The notes under the pieces are model-generated. The model was not told the DNA's origin and made no database searches. It saw only the letters and a program-made list of their open reading frames with translations. A stretch of 64,000 nucleotides of DNA from Candidatus Latescibacterota bacterium (GTDB taxonomy: Bacteria > Latescibacterota > UBA2968 > UBA8231), in contig OZ253462.1 in NCBI GenBank assembly GCA_965261395.1, positions 2,720,001 to 2,784,000 on the forward strand, read 5' to 3'. This document shows positions 1 through 8,732 of the stretch, piece by piece (position 1 is the stretch's first letter; the number at the start of each line of letters is the position of its first letter). The position numbers and the translations under genes are program-made.

Positions 1-519
1 GTAGCGCGTGCGGACTACGAAGCGCCAAGGCTTCTTGCCGAACACGATGCCGAGGCCGGCCAGTGCGCCGAGCTTCTTTTTATTGACTTCTTCGTCAAAG
101 CCGGGCAGGCTGAGGCTCACCTTGTATATCTGGAAGTTGAGGGACGGTCCGACATCGACGAAAGCGCGCGTCGTCTGCGCTGCATCGTTGAGGAACACCC
201 TTGCGTGTACGGGCACACTGACGGTCGTCACGTCTATGCTGCCGTTCACCGAGGATAGCCCATCTGAGAAAAAGAAGGAGTTTTTCGCAGTAAAGCCGCC
301 GATGCCCCCTACCAGAGCCACGCTGGGGGTGATCTGCGTGCCCATATCCCAGTCGATATGGGACCACGTGCCGATCCCGTTCAGGTCGTCGAGGCTGTCG
401 TCGAACACGACTTTCTGGGCGTAGAGATAGCCCCAGTTAAAGGTGCTCATGTGCTGGGCGGTGGCGGGATATGCGCCGAAGGATAGAGCCAAGCAGCAGG
501 CGAAGATGGTGCGGATCAC
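1..519 (-). CDS. Secreted outer-membrane beta-barrel-like protein (3' end runs off the window)
   Basis: Not in the ORF track. Manual translation from GTG at 519 (RBS AGGAGG upstream) gives MIRTIFACCLALSFGAYPATAQ..., a signal peptide followed by amphipathic beta-strand patterns (RAFVDVGPSLNF, LGALAGLGIVF). Frame is open to the window edge. Confidence 0.6.
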   Translation of the reverse strand, partial: MIRTIFACCLALSFGAYPATAQHMSTFNWGYLYAQKVVFDDSLDDLNGIGTWSHIDWDMGTQITPSVALVGGIGGFTAKNSFFFSDGLSSVNGSIDVTTVSVPVHARVFLNDAAQTTRAFVDVGPSLNFQIYKVSLSLPGFDEEVNKKKLGALAGLGIVFGKKPWRFVVRTRY

Positions 520-554
520 GGTGTCCTCCTATGGGTTGAGATGAGTTGTTTTAC

Positions 555-591
555 TCAACAGTAGCCCACAGGTGCGACAGATCGCGTCGCA
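555..591 (-). promoter_or_regulatory. Putative WYL-regulator box 1 plus -10 element
   Basis: TGCGAC-agatcgc-GTCGCA at 573-591. Minus strand reads TGTCGC-N10-TACTGT, upstream of CDS 1..519. Confidence 0.7.
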
Positions 592-671
592 GGCGGAGTT
601 TTTTACGGGGAAATGTCTCCTCCTTTTTGCATTTTGCGGCGGGCGTCAATTACATCGAATGCTCGCGCTAA

Positions 672-1724
672 CTAACTGACGGTCCCCTGTTCGGAGAGGC
701 GCGTCGCAACTTTTTGCAGCAACTCCTCCAAGCGACCCAGGCGCTCGATAGTGGCGTCCATGTTCAAGGCACCGTTGCAGTCAACGGCAAACCAAGGTCC
801 TTGTTCATCAAACATGACGTTTGCAACCGCTGCAGCACCGCCACCCCTGAACGCGCCCGCCTTTTCGATACGGATGTCGTCAAAAGCCTCCTCGTTCAAG
901 GCATCAAGGACTTGGTACATGAATGGGCTGCGAACTTTGTCCAAGGCATTTCCCGATCCAAGCCGGACAGTCAAACGCATCGCATCATGAATTTGCATAT
1001 AGAGGTCAGCGTACCGGTTTTCTGTTCCTATATACTTGAAGCCCAACCAACAGCCGAGGAATCCTCCAGCCGGATTTGGGATATAACCCCAACCACAATC
1101 ACCGCCCCACCTGCGTTCTATCTCGGCATAGAAGCCCTCCCATTGTGTCCACTCCCACTCGTCGTAGCTCGCAGATTCCCACCTGTTCGTATCGTCCTCC
1201 CAACCTTGAAGATAGGTGCGAAAATCGTCCACAATGACATTTCTCGTGTCCTGAAATCCGTTCAGAACCTCGAGAAGATCGCGGCGTAGGAAACGGCCGC
1301 ATCTGCTCTCATTTGGAAGGCTGGCTTTCGATTCGTTTCCCGTCTTGAGGTATACCGCAACCAAGCGATCATATTGGCCGCTGTACTTCTCCCTTGCGGT
1401 CTCTATATGGCCTTCAATCTGGTTCGGGCCCTCTTGGGCGCTCACCTTGTCTTCGATGATCAAGAGGATGCCACGCTCGCCAGCGTTGATCAGCACGAGA
1501 ATGTCAATCCGGTTGACTTGGGTCTCAATGCAAAGCGTCCCGATCTGTGGGAGATCCACTTCGTGCGTCTGAAGGAGTGAACGCAATAATTCGGTGCCGA
1601 GGGTGTGGAGACACGGATGCGATTCGCGGTATGCCGGGTCGGCCCACGCCAAGAGATATGCAATGGTAGCATCCTGTGCGAGTTCCTTTGTTGCGAATCC
1701 GTACAGATTAGGGGTGGTCGTCAT
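672..1724 (-). CDS. PD-(D/E)XK nuclease superfamily protein
   Basis: RIDILVLIN...LLIIEDKV catalytic-like motif; N-terminal ATKELAQDA and later VYLKTG are typical of this family. Confidence 0.7.
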   Translation of the reverse strand: MTTTPNLYGFATKELAQDATIAYLLAWADPAYRESHPCLHTLGTELLRSLLQTHEVDLPQIGTLCIETQVNRIDILVLINAGERGILLIIEDKVSAQEGPNQIEGHIETAREKYSGQYDRLVAVYLKTGNESKASLPNESRCGRFLRRDLLEVLNGFQDTRNVIVDDFRTYLQGWEDDTNRWESASYDEWEWTQWEGFYAEIERRWGGDCGWGYIPNPAGGFLGCWLGFKYIGTENRYADLYMQIHDAMRLTVRLGSGNALDKVRSPFMYQVLDALNEEAFDDIRIEKAGAFRGGGAAAVANVMFDEQGPWFAVDCNGALNMDATIERLGRLEELLQKVATRLSEQGTVS

Positions 1725-1769
1725 GCGACATCTTCCTTTCCATGAGATTGATAAAAGAAAACGGCCATG

Positions 1770-2735
1770 CTATTGGGGCGGGCTAACCAAACGCTCGGCA
1801 AGCTCTAGCGCATCCACCGGCCAGTAGCACTCTGGGCGAGGTCGATAGACATTGGGATCCCCTTCCTTCGGTCGACAGTTCAAGAGCTGGTTCACCCACC
1901 GTTCGGGGACGGCTTCTCGTCCATGCACTGCACCCAGAAGCGCTCCGCAGATGGCGGCGTTGGTGTCGGTATCACCGCCCCTATGGACGGTGTCTACGAC
2001 AGCTTCCTCGAAATTCTCGGTGTGGAGCAGTTGCCATAGCGCATTGCGGAGCGCAGTCAGAACCCAGCCCTGCTGGTGCATATAATCCGCGGGTGGTGCC
2101 GTAGCCGCGCCGTCGATAGCTGACATGAGCGTCGGTTCCGCTGGGATCTTCGCAGCCCACGTTTTTATTCGTTCGTACAGCTCCTGCGGTTCGCATCCGG
2201 TGCTGATCGCGTAGGCGATTGCCGAGGCGTAGAGCGAGTTAGCTTGCTGGCAGACCGGATGGGGATGCGTGAGTGCTGCGTCCTCGCACGCCCATTCCGC
2301 CACCTGTTCGAAGCCGTAGTTCGCGCCGAAGATGCCCAGCGGGCTGATCCGCATCATGGCTCCATTCGCTTGGCTGTTCTGATCCCGTTTCCCTTGGAGA
2401 CCGCTGCGGGTGGTGAAACCGCAGTCGAATGGATCAGAGTTCAACCAGCCAATATAGGCTTTGAGGACAAGCGTTTGATCGTATTTCTTGTGCTCCGCCA
2501 GTACCCGGGCTAGGGCTAGCGCCATTTCGGAATCGTCCGTCGGCTGCCCGGCAATCGTGTCCCAGGCTCCGCCGTCTGCGAGATCTCGGACTCCGGCGGG
2601 GTACTCGCGCTGAATATCCTCGGAGCTTTGGAATTCCACTAGGCTACCCAGCGAATCCCCGGCAAGTTGGCCTAGCAAGCAACCTTGGGCGCGAAAGAGG
2701 ATGCGGTCTCTTTGCATATTAGTCATTGTAATCAT
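1770..2735 (-). CDS. ADP-ribosylglycohydrolase (DraG/ARH family)
   Basis: GQLAGDSLG, GQPTDDSEM, ANGAMMRISP, LTHPHP and GGDTDTNAAICGALLGA motifs. Confidence 0.92.
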   Translation of the reverse strand: MITMTNMQRDRILFRAQGCLLGQLAGDSLGSLVEFQSSEDIQREYPAGVRDLADGGAWDTIAGQPTDDSEMALALARVLAEHKKYDQTLVLKAYIGWLNSDPFDCGFTTRSGLQGKRDQNSQANGAMMRISPLGIFGANYGFEQVAEWACEDAALTHPHPVCQQANSLYASAIAYAISTGCEPQELYERIKTWAAKIPAEPTLMSAIDGAATAPPADYMHQQGWVLTALRNALWQLLHTENFEEAVVDTVHRGGDTDTNAAICGALLGAVHGREAVPERWVNQLLNCRPKEGDPNVYRPRPECYWPVDALELAERLVSPPQ

Positions 2736-2766
2736 CCAATCATCCCTTCATTATCCATATCCATAA

Positions 2767-4848
2767 TCAAAAGCCCATCCTGCGCGAATGGTTCGGCTTG
2801 GCTCCGCACTCGGCGCACAACAATTCAGCGAGAGCCTTCGCATCCTGTAGGTGGCCGAGGATTTCGGCTTTTCGGCGGACTACGGCGAAATCGCCTGGAG
2901 TTAGGGTGGTGAGGTCGCCGACTTCGGGCGGAGCTTCGAGCGCGAAATAGGTATGGAACGCCACCTGCGACTGGTCGGGGGTGAGATAGTCGAGCGCGAT
3001 TTTGAAGGTGAAGCGGCGCAGGGTGGCCGGGTCGAGGTTTTCGCCGAAGTTGGTCGTACATGCGAACGGCAGGGGGTGGCTCTCCATCCAAGTCAGCATT
3101 TCGTTGACTTGGCTGACCTCCCAGGAGCGCACGGCACCCCGGCGGTCGGCGAGCAGGGAGTCGGCCTCATCGAAGACGAGAATGGAGCCTTCGGCGCGTG
3201 CCTCTGCAAAGGCGGCGGCGATCTGCTGTTCGGTTTGGCCGACCCACATCGACATCAGATCGGAGGCCCGCTTTTGGGTGACTTGGAGGCCGAGGCGTCC
3301 GGCTAGGTAGCGGACGAATGCGCTCTTGCCGGTGCCGGGCGGACCTTGCAGACAGAGAGAAAAATGCTTGCCACCGTTTTTTACGATGCTTTCCGCGAAT
3401 CCGACCGGGTCGATGTCGGCCCGGATCAGGACGGGGTCGAATCTCTCGGGTGCTCCCAGATTCGCGGGGGGCTTCTCACCCACAATTACTTGGGACAGGC
3501 TGCGCACGCCAAGGCGCACTGTGGTGAGGTCGCCGCCACAGAGGCTCGCGGCGGCGATGGCCCCAGATGCTACTCCCGGCGTCACATCGAACTCCTTGGC
3601 CAGGGAGCGCGTATCCTCCTCTGTCGCTTTGATATCGTGGCGTGCCAACTCCCGTTTCCAAATGCGCGCCCGGACTTGAGAAGGCGGCTGGCGCAGCTCT
3701 AGGGCGAAGGTCATGCGGCGCAGGACGGTGTGACAGGTCTCCCGGGCGGAGTTTGAGGTCCACAGCGTTGGTACCGGTGTGCGTTCGAGCAGCCGGTTTA
3801 GGAACACCTTGGAGCCGCCGGACCGGAGATGGGAAAAGCCGCCCGGCGAAAACGACATCCAGCTCGAGCTTGGGTCCGAGAGGACGTCCTCCATCTCGTC
3901 AAAGAGCAGAATTGACCCACGGCCCGGCGATAGCAGGCGCTGGGCGAGCCGGAGTTCCTGGAGTCGCTCGCGCCGGTCGGGATCGCGGCCTCGCTCGTCC
4001 TCTTCGCCGACACTGTAGAGGTTCACCCCGAGCCGGGCGGCCAGCGTCTTGCAAAACTCGGTCTTGCCAGTCCCCGGTGGGCCGTACACCAAGATGTTCA
4101 CGCCCGGTGTGCCAGTTGATAGTGCGCCCTTGACCAACTTTTCGATGTGGTCGCGTTCTTCCGCCACGTGATCGAAATCTGCCCACTCCAGCTCGCCCGG
4201 AGTTGCCGTGTCGAGCAGCAGGCGACACACGTCGAGATCGCTGTCGCCTGGGGCGGAGACCAGCCGGAGTAGTCGCTTGACGATCTCGATGTCGCCGTCG
4301 TCATCGACGGACACAAGCCCCGACTTCACGAGCGGTGCATCGGCCGCGAAGCGGGCACGGAATGCGCCAGCCGGTATGCCGAAAATGCAGGGTAGGACGG
4401 GGTGCGTGACGTTGAAAAATCTATGTCCGTGGTAGTGACGGCCAGATTCGAAAGAGTCGATCAGCGACACAAAGATCGGCTGCGTTTCGTGGCGCAGCAA
4501 AATCTCTAGGATCGCGATGTCCTCCGGCGCGAGGTCCATCTCCCGCCCGAACCGCCGGAGCAGTCGCGCCGTGTGATCTTTTCTCTCGCTTTCGCAGGCT
4601 GCTGCGTGCTCTTTTTCTAGGGTTTTCCGCAGGTGCTTCCATTCCCGAGCAGACAATTCCTTTTCGTGATGTCCGCCCGCTTGGTGCTCGTCCGACTCCT
4701 CGTTTTCGTCCTCAAATGCGAGGAGATCGCGGTTCTCGGCGACCCATTCGGCCAGATCTTCCTTCTTTCCCGGGAAGGCGCGGTGGAAGCGCAAGGCGGC
4801 GTTGGAGAGGTAAAAGAGAATAAGCTGTCGTTCGTAGGCGTTGAGCAT
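2767..4848 (-). CDS. AAA+ ATPase with two AAA modules
   Basis: Walker A GPPGTGKT with Walker B LLFDEMED, and a second GPPGTGKS with LVFDEADS; C-terminal RRMGF. Confidence 0.9.
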   Translation of the reverse strand: MLNAYERQLILFYLSNAALRFHRAFPGKKEDLAEWVAENRDLLAFEDENEESDEHQAGGHHEKELSAREWKHLRKTLEKEHAAACESERKDHTARLLRRFGREMDLAPEDIAILEILLRHETQPIFVSLIDSFESGRHYHGHRFFNVTHPVLPCIFGIPAGAFRARFAADAPLVKSGLVSVDDDGDIEIVKRLLRLVSAPGDSDLDVCRLLLDTATPGELEWADFDHVAEERDHIEKLVKGALSTGTPGVNILVYGPPGTGKTEFCKTLAARLGVNLYSVGEEDERGRDPDRRERLQELRLAQRLLSPGRGSILLFDEMEDVLSDPSSSWMSFSPGGFSHLRSGGSKVFLNRLLERTPVPTLWTSNSARETCHTVLRRMTFALELRQPPSQVRARIWKRELARHDIKATEEDTRSLAKEFDVTPGVASGAIAAASLCGGDLTTVRLGVRSLSQVIVGEKPPANLGAPERFDPVLIRADIDPVGFAESIVKNGGKHFSLCLQGPPGTGKSAFVRYLAGRLGLQVTQKRASDLMSMWVGQTEQQIAAAFAEARAEGSILVFDEADSLLADRRGAVRSWEVSQVNEMLTWMESHPLPFACTTNFGENLDPATLRRFTFKIALDYLTPDQSQVAFHTYFALEAPPEVGDLTTLTPGDFAVVRRKAEILGHLQDAKALAELLCAECGAKPNHSRRMGF

Positions 4849-4875
4849 GGTTTCTTCTCCGAGATAACACGGTAC

Positions 4876-5346
4876 TTACTGCGATACTAAAATCGCCAGA
4901 TCGACATTCATGCCATCAAAAAATGACTCTACCGCGACAGATAGAAGATCCCTGTTAGAGTCTACGATTAGGAGAAAACCCTCGGCGACGACGAGGAGCG
5001 GCGTCTCCAACTCGTTTTCTTCGGGTACGATCGATACCGCATACACTAAGAGATAGTCAAGCGGCATGTATACTACTGCGTCAGACCCGAGGTTGGGGAA
5101 TCCTGCCTTGAGATAAAGGGCTTGGAAGGTTGTTGGCGTTATCCGGTCATCCTCGATGAAGATGTTGCCGTCCTCGTCATAGAGTGAACGGGACAGTTGC
5201 CGCTCGATGACGACCCCTTCCCTGGGTGGTCCGGTTTCACCCTGTGGCCCTTGCGGACCCACTGGCCCCATCGGTCCCGCCGGACCTTCGCAGGCGACAA
5301 GACCGAAGGCCAACATAGTTACGAAAAAAGAAAAGCGAGTAAGCAC
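4876..5346 (-). CDS. Lipoprotein with short collagen-like (GXY) repeat
   Basis: Likely start GTG 5346 with RBS GAAGGAGG; lipobox LVAC followed by GPAGPMGPVGPQGPQGETGP. Confidence 0.75.
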   Translation of the reverse strand: MLTRFSFFVTMLAFGLVACEGPAGPMGPVGPQGPQGETGPPREGVVIERQLSRSLYDEDGNIFIEDDRITPTTFQALYLKAGFPNLGSDAVVYMPLDYLLVYAVSIVPEENELETPLLVVAEGFLLIVDSNRDLLSVAVESFFDGMNVDLAILVSQ

Positions 5347-5374
5347 TGCACACCTCCTTCTAGTTGTTGTAAAA

Positions 5375-5411
5375 GGAAACTTACCTAGGAGGCGCGACAG
5401 ATCATGTCGCA
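5375..5411 (-). promoter_or_regulatory. Putative WYL-regulator box 2 plus -10 element
   Basis: cGCGAC-agatcat-GTCGCA at 5393-5411; minus strand TGTCGC-N10-TAAGTT. Confidence 0.7.
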
Positions 5412-5682
5412 GATGGAAATTTTTTATAAAAGGATCGATTTTCGTCAAAATCGTCCGTCTGACCGCGTTGCGGCCAAGGGCTATCGGACCGGGAAAGGGG
5501 TCTTGTAATAAATAGGCACTGGATGGTCTAGGGAAATTTGTCGGGAATAGTCGGCGCATGAGAGCGCTTAGGACGCACCTTCAAGAGGCATGTGTCGATG
5601 GGGCAGGAGGAAGAGGAGGCTCTGGCTTTAGGGGGTCCTTGCGACCAACAGCATTAGATTGTCCAGAGCAACAAGCAGTTTT

Positions 5683-6045
5683 TTATGCGTGTTTCAACTC
5701 CAACAAAAGATCAAAAAGAGCTTCTGCTGCCTTGAGGATCGACTTGTCATCAGACCAAATCGGATGGCCCTCAATCTGACTTTCATAATCCGCGTTACAT
5801 GGTTCGCAGTACGTAAAAAGATCAATGTTATTTTTGATCAAAGTCTTGATTTTGGCAACCATCCCGTCTCTGTCCATAAGGACTCCATCCTCAAATAAGG
5901 CCAAGAGAGCAAAGGCCGCCTGCTCGACATCGTAGGAATCGGTCTCACCAAAAAGTTCGTCGCCGCAATAACTGCAGCGAGAGTGAACTTCGATATTGTC
6001 CTCGATTAGCTTCTCGACTTTGGCGAGCTTCTCTTTTCTGGTCAT
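5683..6045 (-). CDS. Hypothetical protein made of two internal repeats, each with CxxC
   Basis: RBS GGAG upstream; CSYC and CEPC in two homologous halves. Confidence 0.65.
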   Translation of the reverse strand: MTRKEKLAKVEKLIEDNIEVHSRCSYCGDELFGETDSYDVEQAAFALLALFEDGVLMDRDGMVAKIKTLIKNNIDLFTYCEPCNADYESQIEGHPIWSDDKSILKAAEALFDLLLELKHA

Positions 6046-6135
6046 CTCAGGCTCCGTTTAGGCTTTAAAGAGGATTATGAGGATGTCGCCGTCCTCGTCA
6101 GAGAGAATTAGACAAACTCCGCTTAATCTTAATGG

Positions 6136-6172
6136 ATGAATTTACCTAGGAGGTGCGACAGATCGCGTCGCA
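6136..6172 (-). promoter_or_regulatory. Putative WYL-regulator box 3 plus -10 element
   Basis: TGCGAC-agatcgc-GTCGCA at 6154-6172; minus strand TGTCGC-N10-TAAATT. Confidence 0.7.
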
Positions 6173-6289
6173 GGCAGAATTTTTTACAAGGTGCTAGCGT
6201 CAGGCTCGCTTTGATGATATCCGAGGCGGCGTGAACCGGGCTTAATCAGTTGGGAAGTGGCTAATTGAACAGAATACGTAGAGGCCAAT

Positions 6290-6985
6290 TCATGGCCAAG
6301 ACACGTCACACATAGTGCTGACGTCTATGAACAGGTCTTTTACGTTCTCGGAGACCCACCGGGAGTGGGGTATGCCGAGATGCTTGGTGGCGAGCGCGAT
6401 TGCGGTCTCCCATCCTTCCTGCGATACGGGATTACGGACCGTCTGGTCGTTTACGAAATAGACGAACACTAGAAAGGCATTGAGTCTGTTTAATTTCCTC
6501 AGTAGGTAGAGGTGCGCTAGCCTGTTGGTGTATTGGTAGAAGCATTGCGACCAGTCCGTTGAGGACTTGACACCCAGAAACTCCTTGGTCTCCGTCAGCG
6601 CCGCCTTGATTTTCTTGAGGGAGGTTCCCGTCGCACCAGTGGGATTGGTGTCGAACTCGGGGATATTCGCCTTAGCTTCCAGCAGCAGGAGACATCCACT
6701 GCTAGTCAGAGCCAGACCGTCCCATCGGGGGCCACTATTAGGCCAGAAGTCCTTGAGTGGTCGCTTGTCGAGACTCTCACCGAGACGCTTTATGAATTGT
6801 TCGTCTCGGTATTCGACGAAGCCGTCGCATTCCAACGGCGAAAGCCACTCGATCTTTTCACTGGAGCAGAGGCCAAGTTCGTTGACGATGGTCGAGTTTA
6901 TGACTTCGGGGCAGCGGTTGACAGCTATCTGCAGCCAACGTTGGCTGCCGCGTTGGGCTGCAGACTGTTCTACTTTCATATCCAT
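6290..6985 (-). CDS. Hypothetical protein, restriction-endonuclease-like (PD-(D/E)XK) fold
   Basis: PRWDGLA...LLLEAKA and FYQYTNRLAHL motifs; RBS AGGAG. Confidence 0.6.
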   Translation of the reverse strand: MDMKVEQSAAQRGSQRWLQIAVNRCPEVINSTIVNELGLCSSEKIEWLSPLECDGFVEYRDEQFIKRLGESLDKRPLKDFWPNSGPRWDGLALTSSGCLLLLEAKANIPEFDTNPTGATGTSLKKIKAALTETKEFLGVKSSTDWSQCFYQYTNRLAHLYLLRKLNRLNAFLVFVYFVNDQTVRNPVSQEGWETAIALATKHLGIPHSRWVSENVKDLFIDVSTMCDVSWP

Positions 6986-7009
6986 CTCCTTTTCTAGTGT
7001 TAGTAACGG

Positions 7010-7047
7010 ATGAATCTACTTAGGAGATGCGACAGATCACGTCGCAT
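7010..7047 (-). promoter_or_regulatory. Putative WYL-regulator box 4 plus -10 element, overlapping the WYL gene stop codon
   Basis: ATGCGAC-agatcac-GTCGCAT at 7027-7047; minus strand TGTCGC-N10-TAGATT. Confidence 0.7.
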
Positions 7048-8026
7048 CCTCGTCATCCAACCCCAGCGCCGCCCACATCTCCTCTCGCACCGCCGCCCGC
7101 AATTCCTCCGGCTCCAGCACCTCAGCCGCCGCTCCAAAGCTCAACACCCAACTCTTGATCTCGTAGAACCCCCCAGCCCGCAGCCGCAGCACCACCCGCC
7201 CGTCCTCCAGCTCTTCCAGCTCCTGGCTCGGATGCCAAATCCGCTCCCGTATGTAGGGTGCCTGCTCCTCGGTGAACCGAACCACCACATCCATCGGCTC
7301 CTCGGATGAGATGCCGAACGCATTGCTCAATCGTTCGTCAACCGACAGGTGATCCGGCGGCTCGAATTCCTCCTCGGTCACTTCCACCGACTCAAAGCGG
7401 TCCACCGCCTGCGTGATGAGTTGGTCGTAGTAGGGCATCCGCGAAATCACGTATAGACCGCCCCGATGCGGCAGGAGATGCAGCGGTTCGATGTTGTACT
7501 GACGGGCTTCCTCCGCCCATGGCGATCGGTAGCTCACCCAGCACACTCGGCGCTCCAGTATGGCCTCGTGCAGGTTTTCAAGCACTTCGCGGGCGTCCTC
7601 ATAAGACTTCTTGTGTCCCCGGATATGTGGCACATAAGCCTCCGTGGCTCGCTCTAGGAATTGCTGCATCTTCGGGGGCATGGCATCTTTCAGCCTGCTA
7701 CTCACCGATTCCAAGTGCTCGCCGAACGGAGTCCCCACCAGCCCCATGCCCGCCCGCTCGGCGAAGATCATCGCCGCGATTTCCATGATCGGAAAGTTTA
7801 GCGGTAGCCCGGTGTCCTTTTTTAGTTGGTAGTAGATGGTCCGATCGGTAGGCGGTCCTTCTATCCAAAACCCTACCTCACGCAGGTCCCACATATCGCG
7901 CTGTATAGTTTTCCTATCTACTTTGTACTCGGCCGCCAGTTCGCGTGCGCTCTTCCCGCCACGATTAGCCTCCAGCGTCCGCAGGATGCCCAGTTGTCGC
8001 ACAATCTGCTTCATCGTCTGCTTCAT
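7037..8026 (-). CDS. HTH-WYL-WCX transcriptional regulator (PafB/PafC/DriD-like)
   Basis: N-terminal HTH (ARELAAEYKVDRKTIQRDM), WYL core (IEPLHL...GLYV...AVDRF), C-terminal WCX (WVLSFGAAAEVLEPEELR). Confidence 0.92.
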   Translation of the reverse strand: MKQTMKQIVRQLGILRTLEANRGGKSARELAAEYKVDRKTIQRDMWDLREVGFWIEGPPTDRTIYYQLKKDTGLPLNFPIMEIAAMIFAERAGMGLVGTPFGEHLESVSSRLKDAMPPKMQQFLERATEAYVPHIRGHKKSYEDAREVLENLHEAILERRVCWVSYRSPWAEEARQYNIEPLHLLPHRGGLYVISRMPYYDQLITQAVDRFESVEVTEEEFEPPDHLSVDERLSNAFGISSEEPMDVVVRFTEEQAPYIRERIWHPSQELEELEDGRVVLRLRAGGFYEIKSWVLSFGAAAEVLEPEELRAAVREEMWAALGLDDEDAT

Positions 8027-8039
8027 CGGGTCAACTCCC

Positions 8040-8732
8040 CTATCCCGCCGCTCGGCTCACTAAGTGCTCAAAGAGCTTCGACCAAATCGTCCCAGGCATT
8101 CGCTCCGGGTGAAACTGCACGCCGGTCAAGCGGCCATCCGCGCTCTCAACCGCCTCCACGACGCCATCGCCGCTGCGCCCGCTGACGCCCAAGCCCGCGC
8201 CGGGCCGGTCAATGGCCTGCAGGTGATAAGAGTTGACCCGCGAAGGGCTGGCATGGCCCAGCGCGGCCAGCATCGTGCCCGGCTCTACCTGGAGATCGTG
8301 CTCGATGCGCTCGGCCTCGGCCCGCTGGGGCGAATGCGGATCAACGCCGAGCTGGGCCTCCACATCCGCCCAAATCGTACCGCCCAAATCGGCGCTGATA
8401 AACTGCATTCCGTAGCAGATGCCCAAAACCGGCAGCTGGCGCTCTTGCGCGGCCGCAAAGCTCCAGCGGTCGGCTTGGTCGCGCTTGGTTGCCACCGGCG
8501 GTAGATCGCTGGGCAGGGTGCCGATCAGGCCGCGCTCAATGCCTGGGCCGCCGGTGATCAACAGACCGTCGATGCGCTCGAGTACCGCTTGCAGTGGAGT
8601 GCGCTCTGTCGTCATCGGCAGCACCAGCGGAGCCCCGCCCGCCTGTACCACCGCGTCCACGTAGTGGTGGTCGAGGGTTTGCTGGCCATCGGCGTTTAGG
8701 CTGCTGGTGATGCCGATGAGCGGGCGGGACAT
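8040..8732 (-). CDS. Peptidase C26 / gamma-glutamyl-GABA hydrolase family glutamine amidotransferase
   Basis: Start MSRPLIGIT overlaps the upstream stop (TGATG); LGICYGMQ, VNSYHLQAI and GVQFHPE triad motifs. Confidence 0.9.
   Translation of the reverse strand: MSRPLIGITSSLNADGQQTLDHHYVDAVVQAGGAPLVLPMTTERTPLQAVLERIDGLLITGGPGIERGLIGTLPSDLPPVATKRDQADRWSFAAAQERQLPVLGICYGMQFISADLGGTIWADVEAQLGVDPHSPQRAEAERIEHDLQVEPGTMLAALGHASPSRVNSYHLQAIDRPGAGLGVSGRSGDGVVEAVESADGRLTGVQFHPERMPGTIWSKLFEHLVSRAAG

Noticed and set aside
573-7047. The four palindromic repeats as a CRISPR array or attC sites
   Set aside because: They are spaced 0.8-4.8 kb apart, lack RYYYAAC/GTTRRRY ends, and sit at a fixed distance from a -10-like hexamer at gene 5' ends, which fits operators better.
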